In this document: positions 35,564 to 42,578 of the stretch, in pieces | How positions within the stretch are numbered: the first letter of the stretch is position 1 | Layout: each line of letters opens with the position of its first letter | DNA from: a virus | Taxonomy: Duplodnaviria > Caudoviricetes | DNA: 43,120 bases | Virus record (IMG/VR): IMGVR_UViG_3300022670_000619 | Location: 1-43,120 of that record | Strand: one strand, 5' to 3' | Translations under genes and position numbers: made by a program | The notes under the pieces: model-generated | Seen by the model: only the letters and a program-made list of their open reading frames with translations | The model's database searches: none | What the model was told of the DNA's origin: nothing

Positions 35564-36075
35564 TAAAAAGCCGTCAATCTTCTACGGCCAGTAGTTGGCT
35601 CACCCAGAACCCCAATGGCAGTAGTGGAGATAAGCGCGGTCTGTCCCCGGAGCCGTCTCTTCTTTTTACCCTGGGCAGTTACCGCGCCTGCGGTTTCAGC
35701 GGCGGCTTTATCGGCTGCAAGTTTCTCTGCTTCGGCTGCTTTCTTCTCTTCTGCGGCCCGGACAATATCTGCTTGTTCCTCCCTACGTCCGGTTTGCGCA
35801 GCCTCCCTAGCTATATCTCGTTCGGAAAGAGCAGCCGCGACACCCAATGCCCCGCCAAGAGCAGCAAAGCCCAATTTTGTCCGAGTTGCCACATCCTGTC
35901 TAGATGTCTCTTTAGGCCCGGGACCCTCTGTAGTACTGACTCTAGGTCTATCCGGTGCGCCACCAGTAGGGGAAGTGCCACTGGTTTTCCTTGACTCTAA
36001 GCCAAGTCTGAATCCCGGTCTACGTGATTCTTGGGTTAGCTGCTTTACAAATCGCCTAAAACTTTTATGCGGCAT
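35563..36075 (-). CDS. Small virion-associated protein upstream of the portal
   Basis: A/E/K-rich; ends RRLRGQTALISTT..GVLG...GRR.L, typical of pre-portal proteins. Confidence 0.65.
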   Translation of the reverse strand: MPHKSFRRFVKQLTQESRRPGFRLGLESRKTSGTSPTGGAPDRPRVSTTEGPGPKETSRQDVATRTKLGFAALGGALGVAAALSERDIAREAAQTGRREEQADIVRAAEEKKAAEAEKLAADKAAAETAGAVTAQGKKKRRLRGQTALISTTAIGVLGEPTTGRRRLTAF

Positions 36076-37674
36076 TCATCTTCTCCTAGATCCCCGGCTT
36101 GTGGACAGGTTACCCCGTCTACGGGTCCGTTGCAAGGTAGTTATGGGACCATTTTGCCCATTTTTTTTCTTGATCCTTTTACGCTCCCCGAACTCATCCC
36201 GTCTTTTTGCCACAGGAAAGGCAAAAGTAAGAACACAAGCATCCCCAATATCCGGGCTAAACTTGAGTTCTTTCCGAATAACCGACTTCTCCACCATCTT
36301 GATTTTGCTTGAAGAAGTGGTGATTTCCTTGGGCATGCTCATGATGTCTTTCTGGAAATTGTCATCATCCGGGATCGAGACTTCTCCCTCTTCCCGATGA
36401 ATCCAGTCCCGCATACGACACCACATCTCAGCCCGCTTATTTAGGTAGATGTCATCTTCATCAGCCCCGCCCCCGAAATGAACCCCCCGAACGATGTCTC
36501 CATATCCCAATTCCTTCAGCCGATCAATTACCCCCCAGCCCTCACCGACATCGATAAAAATCATATCGGGTTCTTCTGTCTTGATGCGCTGGATAAGCTT
36601 CCCAACAATCCGCATCTGAACCTCTTCGGCATCTGGCCCGAAATCAAATTCCTCGTAATGAGTAACCACTCTTCCCTGGCGATGAACAAATACCGTGCGG
36701 TCTTTTGTACGCCCGGGATCCACCCCGATGATCTTTGGGGCTGTTTTATCTTTGACCTCAGAATGTCGAGCCAGCATAACCATATTAGCTTTGAGCAGCC
36801 GCTCACCTGAAGTCTGGAATGCCTCCAGAACATTGTTCGGATATTCCTGCATAAACTTTGAAAGACTTTTTAGTTTTATGATTTTACTTCGCCGCCAGTA
36901 GATGCGGGTCTTGTCCCACCCATAAAGATCCGCTAGTTCCTGTTCTTCTGGCGTGATCTCCATATTCCCATCTGAAGGAACATCCCGAACGTATTCTTCT
37001 TGCCAGAACCAGGGAAGGAAGATCATGATGTAATCCCCTACCCCCTTGATAGCATCCATACAGGTATCATAGAAGAAACCTCCCATACCATTGGCAGTGG
37101 ATTCTAGGATGATCTCAGTTCCATCCTCATCAGCTACAGACTCAAGGATACCTGTTTCCAACCCCTCTGTTTTTACCCAATGGGCAACCTCCGACCCGTG
37201 GAACAATTGAACAGTACCACCCCGCCCAACAGTGTTATTGTTTGCAGTTCCTACGGAGTAGTCAGATCCAATGCTCTTGAATTGGAACTCATTCCCATTT
37301 GCAATATCTCTAGCAGGCTTCATTGGGCCCGGGGACTTCTCGTAGAAGGTGTCTACCATCTTGAATAGTTTCCGCGTGGTCGCGCCTTCATGAGAAAGGA
37401 TGAAGACGCTCTTGGGGTATTGCCGGGTTGCCTTGTGGTAAAACCTACCAGTGATGTCTGTGGAGCTGCCTTGCTGCCTTCCTTTCAAAACAACAGCACG
37501 GACACGCCCGAATTCTCGGAGTTGTTTATCGAGCATCATATTGAGATATCTCTGGCTCTTATTCATGATAAAGGGTACAAGAGGCCCCGCCTTAGTTTTA
37601 ATCTTCAGCGTGTGCCGGGCATAGAAAGCGAAGTCAGTATCGAGCCGGGAATGTAAAAGATTTTTCGTGTTCAT
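36076..37674 (-). CDS. terL: Terminase large subunit
   Basis: LKGRQQGSST (Walker A), LFHGSEVAHW (Walker B), ESTANG, QEYP, nuclease GVDPG...D...SPDIGDA. Confidence 0.93.
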   Translation of the reverse strand: MNTKNLLHSRLDTDFAFYARHTLKIKTKAGPLVPFIMNKSQRYLNMMLDKQLREFGRVRAVVLKGRQQGSSTDITGRFYHKATRQYPKSVFILSHEGATTRKLFKMVDTFYEKSPGPMKPARDIANGNEFQFKSIGSDYSVGTANNNTVGRGGTVQLFHGSEVAHWVKTEGLETGILESVADEDGTEIILESTANGMGGFFYDTCMDAIKGVGDYIMIFLPWFWQEEYVRDVPSDGNMEITPEEQELADLYGWDKTRIYWRRSKIIKLKSLSKFMQEYPNNVLEAFQTSGERLLKANMVMLARHSEVKDKTAPKIIGVDPGRTKDRTVFVHRQGRVVTHYEEFDFGPDAEEVQMRIVGKLIQRIKTEEPDMIFIDVGEGWGVIDRLKELGYGDIVRGVHFGGGADEDDIYLNKRAEMWCRMRDWIHREEGEVSIPDDDNFQKDIMSMPKEITTSSSKIKMVEKSVIRKELKFSPDIGDACVLTFAFPVAKRRDEFGERKRIKKKNGQNGPITTLQRTRRRGNLSTSRGSRRR

Positions 37675-38051
37675 CGGAATTCCGCATCTATCTCGTCATC
37701 ACTGAGTTCGGGGGTAGGGTTAGCAGCCTCTTGTGCTGCAAGCGCCCCCAGCCATCCTGTGTATGTGTCATCCTGGTCCCCGGTGACATCCTTGGCAGGC
37801 TTTGCTTTTCCCATCAATCGGTCAAACACAGTTTGGATTGCTGCCTTATCCCCACTTGCCGCCCTCTCCACCAATTGATGCACGATCAATTGGATGTATG
37901 ACATCCCCAGACGCTGGCGTTGGGAGAAAGCTTTCGTATCGAATTTCAATTCGAAATCTGCATCCTCCATATCCGGGATGGGCTTGGCGATCAGTTCTTC
38001 AAGGATCTCCCGGATTTTGACAGAGTTCTCCGCCTTATCATTTTCAGCCAT
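37671..38051 (-). CDS. Probable terminase small subunit
   Basis: A..GD..AIQ..FDRL.GK motif; ATGA-coupled to terL. Confidence 0.6.
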   Translation of the reverse strand: MAENDKAENSVKIREILEELIAKPIPDMEDADFELKFDTKAFSQRQRLGMSYIQLIVHQLVERAASGDKAAIQTVFDRLMGKAKPAKDVTGDQDDTYTGWLGALAAQEAANPTPELSDDEIDAEFR

Positions 38052-38054
38052 GAT

Positions 38055-38693
38055 TTAGCTCAGCATGTCATCTTCATCTTCAGGTTCACCGAGTTCAGAA
38101 GTGACCTCACCAACAGTCATACCTGCTGGTTCAGTCATAAGCTTGGATTGGGGAGCATTGACACCGGCCTCCTCGTTCTCAAGGACTTTCCGATCTGCCA
38201 ATTCCATTTCAACGGCCATCTTCTTATCGGCAAGGCTGTTGTAGTTACTGAGGATAGTAAGGAGATCATTCATTGCGTGGAATTGCAAAAGTTCACTCGC
38301 GGTCATATCTGCTACGGGCAGCTTTGTGACATCGCGTACATCCTTCCCTGGAATGTAGACGATTTCTTTTTTCGTGATCATGCAGCTACGCATTCGAATA
38401 AGATCCGGGAACTCCTCCTCCAGATAAGGTGGAAGGCAGTACCGCTGAACGTAATGATCCACGGCTTGCATGGCGTTTGCCTCTAAGACAATCCTCTCCG
38501 TGAATACGACTTCCTTGTCGTTTACGATCTTAATCTTGCGTACCCGACCCATGGCATAATGGATTCTCTCGGGGATGACGAACTGGACTGGGCCATAAAA
38601 TTTCGTGGCCCTGCCACCATCAGGGGCATGGGCGAAGTATTGGCCCTGGCACGTTACACGATAAGCTTTTACTGTTCCTGTTGGTTGGTTCAT
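38055..38693 (-). CDS. Hypothetical protein ending EDEDDMLS
   Basis: 212 aa; AGGAG RBS; ATGA coupling. Confidence 0.75.
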   Translation of the reverse strand: MNQPTGTVKAYRVTCQGQYFAHAPDGGRATKFYGPVQFVIPERIHYAMGRVRKIKIVNDKEVVFTERIVLEANAMQAVDHYVQRYCLPPYLEEEFPDLIRMRSCMITKKEIVYIPGKDVRDVTKLPVADMTASELLQFHAMNDLLTILSNYNSLADKKMAVEMELADRKVLENEEAGVNAPQSKLMTEPAGMTVGEVTSELGEPEDEDDMLS

Positions 38694-38989
38694 TTTGCTT
38701 CTCCTCTGGACATAAGTTCCATATATTTAATTGCTGCTTCCGCCTTTGTGATCGGGGTGCGCACTGTTACAATGTCCTCTGGGTCGAAATCATCCAGCGC
38801 AGGATTGTAATGCACAGGCAACCCCGTCAATGCAACAATGGCCGGGAAGATTGTCCTGGCCGGGAAGTCAGTCCGTTGATAGGTATCAATGACCTGACCC
38901 AATTGCGTTTCTGTTATCAGGTATATTTTTTCTTTAGGTAAATCCCCAACCGGAGTATCCGGCTGGGGAGTTTTCGTTTCATCTGTCAT
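38690..38989 (-). CDS. Hypothetical protein
   Basis: 99 aa; GGGGG RBS. Confidence 0.65.
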   Translation of the reverse strand: MTDETKTPQPDTPVGDLPKEKIYLITETQLGQVIDTYQRTDFPARTIFPAIVALTGLPVHYNPALDDFDPEDIVTVRTPITKAEAAIKYMELMSRGEAK

Positions 38990-39008
38990 GTTACCCCCGG
39001 GGTTAGTT

Positions 39009-39821
39009 CTAAGCAGTCAATCCAAGATTGGAAAGGACGGTTTCAATTTCAGCAATACGTGCTTGGTTATTCAGAACAGTTTCAACAACTTGTTCACCTT
39101 CTGCGGCAAGCACAAAACCGAAGGGGCTAGTATCCGTGAAAGCCTGGATAGCAGAGTCTCCACCTGTCCCAGCATTCGTAAGCGTAGTCTCAGCAGCCGT
39201 AAGTGCGGAAGCCTGAACAACAGCAGTAACGGCATGAAAGCCAAGTGTGTCGGCAGATCCGGCAACATTCACAGCGCCAACTGTTCCGCCAGCAGCCGCA
39301 CCCGCAGCGATGTTTACATCCCCGCCTGTACCAGATGCGCCAGCGGAAGCACCACCAGTAATGGAGATGGCTCCACCAGTCCCGGTACCAGTAGCAACAC
39401 CACCAACAACAGAACCCGCTCCACCAGAACCATTTGTACTGAGGGCCGCGCCACCAGTTACAGAAGTGGCTCCGCCGTTTCCGGTAGCACCGGGGCCAGA
39501 AGCCCCGCCAGTGACAGAGGCAACACCACCAACATTGGTGAGATCGCCAGCACCACCAGCAATGGGGACTGCTCCGCCTGCTCCGGCGGATCCGGCAATA
39601 CCTGTAATGTCCAGGGAAGCATCAGCACCAGTGATTGCTTTGGGGGTGATAATGCCATCAGCCCCTCCAGCTTCAACAAGGGTGATGATCTGCTCCAATG
39701 TAAGTGTTTTCATTTCGCTGTCGCCCGATTGGAAGGCGGGGAGGATATCAGTACCAACAGCAGAAGACGCGGCTGCGAGGGACGTAATTTTTGCGTAACC
39801 TATATATAGATTTTTTGACAT
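39009..39821 (-). CDS. Gly/Ala-rich repeat fibre protein (head or collar fibre candidate)
   Basis: About six GGx[VIT]xxxGG repeats of 16-18 aa; C-terminal IETVLSNLGL helix. Confidence 0.72.
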   Translation of the reverse strand: MSKNLYIGYAKITSLAAASSAVGTDILPAFQSGDSEMKTLTLEQIITLVEAGGADGIITPKAITGADASLDITGIAGSAGAGGAVPIAGGAGDLTNVGGVASVTGGASGPGATGNGGATSVTGGAALSTNGSGGAGSVVGGVATGTGTGGAISITGGASAGASGTGGDVNIAAGAAAGGTVGAVNVAGSADTLGFHAVTAVVQASALTAAETTLTNAGTGGDSAIQAFTDTSPFGFVLAAEGEQVVETVLNNQARIAEIETVLSNLGLTA

Positions 39822-39837
39822 GGGGTCTCCGTTCTTT

Positions 39838-39887
39838 TCCTACCCTCGGATTATTCCGAAGGACACCGCCCCGCTGATGCCGTAGGA
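39838..39887 (-). promoter_or_regulatory. Three-way-junction RNA leader of the fibre gene
   Basis: TCCTAC/GTAGGA encloses GGCATC/GGTGTC and CTTCGGA/TCCGAGG hairpins. Confidence 0.5.
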
Positions 39888-39896
39888 TTGTGGGGA

Positions 39897-39924
39897 ACTA
39901 TACCATGGGGCCTAGGGATGTGAA
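39897..39924 (-). promoter_or_regulatory. Candidate late-type promoter
   Basis: TTCACA-16-TATAGT with extended TG and CCTAGG 8 nt upstream of the -10. Confidence 0.5.
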
Positions 39925-39945
39925 GGGTTTTCTTCAGGTTTTATT

Positions 39946-40230
39946 TTACACCCCATGCTCCCGAAGCCATGCAGATACCTCTCGCTGTTTCAACGTATCT
40001 AAGTGAGTACGGAAAACCTCCAAGAACTTATTCGCCTCTTTGCGGTCGCTGTCCATTTCTTCATCGGACAGATCCAAATATTGAGTATTGGCTTGAAGCT
40101 TCCACCTATCGACTGCCCACTTGGGCATAACCCAGGTACCATCTTCCTGAAGATCTCCTTTAGAAAACAGGTAGACCATCCATCCCGACCACTGTTCATG
40201 GGCCAACTCCGCTAATTGTTCTTTCAACAT
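39946..40230 (-). CDS. RyR-domain-like small protein
   Basis: EQLAELAHEQW...Y.DLSDEEMDSDR resembles the RyR repeat signature LA..AH..W...Y..L.E.E...DR. Confidence 0.6.
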   Translation of the reverse strand: MLKEQLAELAHEQWSGWMVYLFSKGDLQEDGTWVMPKWAVDRWKLQANTQYLDLSDEEMDSDRKEANKFLEVFRTHLDTLKQREVSAWLREHGV

Positions 40231-40246
40231 GTTTCCCCGTTTCTAT

Positions 40247-40296
40247 AAAAAAGCCCCACCCCTATCAACAGCTCTCCAGCCTGCCAGGGGCAGGGC
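40247..40296 (-). terminator. Intrinsic terminator
   Basis: GCCCTGCCCCT...AGGGGTGGGGC followed by TTTTTT. Confidence 0.65.
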
Positions 40297-40299
40297 CAC

Positions 40300-40518
40300 C
40301 TAGGTTTCTTTTTCTCTATTCGCTTGTGCTGCGATTTCATCCAGCACTTCTGGAAATTTATCTGCCATCAGATGATAGGCCATCTCTCCTGCATTTGCAA
40401 ATTCATATTTGTCTGTGTCAATGGGTGGGTCAAAAATAACGAGCGGGAAACCTGGATGGTCAACTGGATGTGTGATGGTGATTGTGTAGATGGGGGGCGG
40501 AGAGGGTTTGGTCGGCAT
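40300..40518 (-). CDS. Hypothetical protein, probably from a leaderless mRNA
   Basis: ATG 40518 lies 7 nt after a TATAAT box; no SD sequence. Confidence 0.5.
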   Translation of the reverse strand: MPTKPSPPPIYTITITHPVDHPGFPLVIFDPPIDTDKYEFANAGEMAYHLMADKFPEVLDEIAAQANREKET

Positions 40519-40525
40519 GCTGGGC

Positions 40526-40554
40526 ATTATATCTTGTGGGGTTGGGGGCGTCAA
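40526..40554 (-). promoter_or_regulatory. Sigma70-type promoter
   Basis: TTGACG-17-TATAAT. Confidence 0.7.
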
Positions 40555-40559
40555 GAAAA

Positions 40560-40630
40560 AGTGCAGTCGTGGAATCGAACCACGTTCCTACGGGCCACAT
40601 CCGTATGCTTTGCCAATAAGCTAACCGCAC
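40560..40630 (-). tRNA. tRNA-His(GUG)
   Basis: GTGCGGT/ACTGCAC acceptor stem; TACGG-ATGTGGC-CCGTA anticodon arm; CGTGG-TTCGATT-CCACG T arm. Confidence 0.88.
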
Positions 40631-40638
40631 AGTAAAAA

Positions 40639-40713
40639 TCTGTGTGGGAGGATTCGAACCTCCGACCTATGGGTTCCAAACCCATCACGCTGACCAAGCT
40701 GCGCTACACACAG
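40639..40713 (-). tRNA. tRNA-Pro(UGG)
   Basis: CTGTGTG/CACACAG acceptor stem; ATGGG-TTTGGAA-CCCAT; GGAGG-TTCGAAT-CCTCC. Confidence 0.93.
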
Positions 40714-40722
40714 TAATTGTTT

Positions 40723-40796
40723 TGGTTGCGGAAGAAGGTATCGATCCCTCGCTAGCAGGGTCAAATCCTGCTGTGCTCCCATTACACCATACCGCA
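40723..40796 (-). tRNA. tRNA-Gln(UUG), with encoded CCA
   Basis: TGCGGTA/TTCCGCA acceptor stem with one mismatch; GCAGG-ATTTGAC-CCTGC; atypical T loop ATCGATA; ACCA end. Confidence 0.82.
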
Positions 40797-40800
40797 TTTT

Positions 40801-40881
40801 TAGCCCCGGAAGGATTCGAACCTTCAATCCGTAAGGAACCAGTTTCTAAAACTGGCGTGTATACCATTCCACCACGGAGCC
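40801..40881 (-). tRNA. tRNA-Leu(UAG)
   Basis: GGCTCCG/CGGGGCT acceptor stem; CCAGT-TTTAGAA-ACTGG; variable arm TCC-TTAC-GGA; GAAGG-TTCGAAT-CCTTC; A73. Confidence 0.9.
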
Positions 40882-40936
40882 TTATTTTCTAATTGTCTGA
40901 GTTTCGGGGTCCGTCAACGGGCGGCCCCTCCTGAGA

Positions 40937-41080
40937 TTACAGGGGGTGTTTTGGTTGGGGGAGTTTCTCCACCTTCACGTGGTCACGTAAGCGGGCATGC
41001 TTTCTCTGCTGTAACCAGTGCATTGTCGGGGCCCAGTGGTCCACGATTGTTTCTGAAATTGATTTTTCAGGTTTGTCCAT
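40937..41080 (-). CDS. Small hypothetical protein (47 aa), probably leaderless, upstream of the tRNAs
   Basis: ATG 41080 lies 6 nt after TATGAT. Confidence 0.4.
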   Translation of the reverse strand: MDKPEKSISETIVDHWAPTMHWLQQRKHARLRDHVKVEKLPQPKHPL

Positions 41081-41086
41081 GTGCAC

Positions 41087-41115
41087 ATCATAGTGAATCA
41101 TCAGCCGGAAGTCAA
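41087..41115 (-). promoter_or_regulatory. Sigma70-type promoter for the tRNA cluster
   Basis: TTGACT-17-TATGAT with upstream A-tracts. Confidence 0.72.
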
Positions 41116-41159
41116 GATTTTTTTTTCTAGAAATTTTTTTCTGAAAAACATGCATGTAC

Positions 41160-41790
41160 ACAGGGGGAGGGGAGGTATTTTAGTAGCCAACAGGAACCTT
41201 CGCTGGGATGGTATACCCCCCTTCGACCCCCACCCCCCTTCCAATAAATCAATGATAATGCTCACCCACTGCTACCCAGCGCAGGGGAGACATGCCTGTT
41301 TCAATGCAGTGTGTTGGTACTGGTCAGCGCTACGCTACCTACAACCAGTGCTGTCGGGCGCTGCCTAGTGTATGACTAACCATTGTGTAACGGGCATGTC
41401 ATCCTCCGGTAACATCCTAAACCCTTATTATATATATACTTAACTACTGTTAACAACTGTCACAGTAGTAGGGGTATTAAACAGGTACGTCTCCCAAGTC
41501 GCAGGGTTTCCAAAACAGCCGTTACAGCCGTTACATGTGTACACAATTATTACAATAATGATACCTCGACAATGCCTGACCACCCACCAACACCGCCCAA
41601 GGGTTCACTACCTAGTACTATCATGAACCAGCACACTCTATAACACCATAACCACGCACTATCCCACTGTGTCACTTCACTAACCGCGTGTACATTCGAC
41701 GCATGTTATGTGTTCACTACCCAGCACTATCATCTACGCCCAATGAGTCACTAGAGTGTGATAAGCAGTACTATCATGCACTGTCTAATA
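41160..41790. other. Large noncoding divergence region (candidate packaging end and replication origin)
   Basis: G-run/C-run block, inverted GTAAC/GTTAC motifs around an AT-rich core, repeated ACTATCAT boxes; lies between divergent promoters. Confidence 0.5.
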
Positions 41791-41816
41791 AATAAATAAT
41801 AAAACAATAAAAGGTA

Positions 41817-41844
41817 TTGACATACAATACTGATCTGCTAAAGT
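41817..41844 (+). promoter_or_regulatory. Main early sigma70 promoter
   Basis: TTGACA-16-TAAAGT with extended TG and a long A-rich UP element. Confidence 0.7.
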
Positions 41845-41875
41845 GTGTACATAAACACAACCGGAAGGGAGAACA

Positions 41876-42070
41876 GTGTATTTAGCCATAGGAGAATTCG
41901 AAAGACAGGCAGCCAATCTATCCGCCCAGATAGAGCAATACGCATCGGAACACGTAAAGCGGGCAGACAACCCCAAAGCCTTCAAACGCTTGTGGTCAAC
42001 GGGGAAACACCTGGACCATGCTGTACGTCTTCTGAGCGAAGCCAAGAAATCAATACTAAAGGGAGAATAA
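41876..42070 (+). CDS. First early protein, hypothetical
   Basis: GTG start after AAGGGAG. Confidence 0.6.
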   Translation: MYLAIGEFERQAANLSAQIEQYASEHVKRADNPKAFKRLWSTGKHLDHAVRLLSEAKKSILKGE

Positions 42071-42092
42071 ACACACAACCAAAGGATTTATT

Positions 42093-42251
42093 ATGATGTT
42101 CATAGCATATAACAAAGAAGTATTGGCTAAAATGCTCGCCTTTCAGCACAACCTGAACTACGGCAACTCGATTTTAGATGGCAACTTTTATGTGGGCACT
42201 GAGGAGGAGCTCACCATCGCCGGCGTCACAGACATACAGGCACCAAGATAA
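42093..42251 (+). CDS. Small early protein (52 aa, not in the ORF track)
   Basis: AAAGGA RBS; MMFIAYNKEVLAKMLAF...QAPR. Confidence 0.55.
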   Translation: MMFIAYNKEVLAKMLAFQHNLNYGNSILDGNFYVGTEEELTIAGVTDIQAPR

Positions 42252-42274
42252 ACACCCAACCGAAAGGAATAATT

Positions 42275-42529
42275 ATGGAAACCAAATATAACGCAGCCAA
42301 AACCACAAAAGACTACACCACAAAATTCGACGGATATGAAATAACTGTCCCGAAAGGATCCAGGGTATCAAACTCTACCGCATGCGGTGCCGATAATGCT
42401 TACCACTTTTGGACAGGCTGGCACAAACAAGTGCAAGAAATAACAGGCTTCAAGGATTCTATGCTGGCTCATGATCTTACGTATTATGGTTTGAACATAC
42501 CTGGGAAATATTGTGAAAAGTACAGATAA
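42275..42529 (+). CDS. Hypothetical early protein
   Basis: GAAAGGA RBS; 84 aa. Confidence 0.7.
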   Translation: METKYNAAKTTKDYTTKFDGYEITVPKGSRVSNSTACGADNAYHFWTGWHKQVQEITGFKDSMLAHDLTYYGLNIPGKYCEKYR

Positions 42530-42549
42530 CAACAAATACCCCAGCCTCC

Positions 42550-42578
42550 ACCCTGCAAATGTAGTGTTTGCGGGGTTT
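42550..42578 (+). terminator. Hairpin (early hairpin C)
   Basis: ACCCTGCAAAT GTAGT GTTTGCGGGGT followed by TT. Confidence 0.5.

Noticed and set aside
35615-39809. Long antisense ORFs (for example 35615-36400, 38988-39809, 39247-39798)
   Set aside because: They are shadows of Gly/Ala-rich or well-supported genes on the opposite strand, with no RBS and no motifs
40801-40881. Amber suppressor tRNA or stop-codon reassignment
   Set aside because: The anticodon is TAG (reads CUA, Leu), not CTA; the core genes are intact under the standard code and use all three stops
40897-40936. Hammerhead-like ribozyme upstream of tRNA-Leu (CTCAGGAG...stem...CGAAAC on the - strand)
   Set aside because: The core is CTCAGGA rather than CTGANGA, and I could not find stems I and III with a cleavage triplet; probably only a hairpin
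41600-41790. CRISPR or other regularly interspaced array
   Set aside because: Repeats are short, degenerate and irregularly spaced, and no cas operon is present
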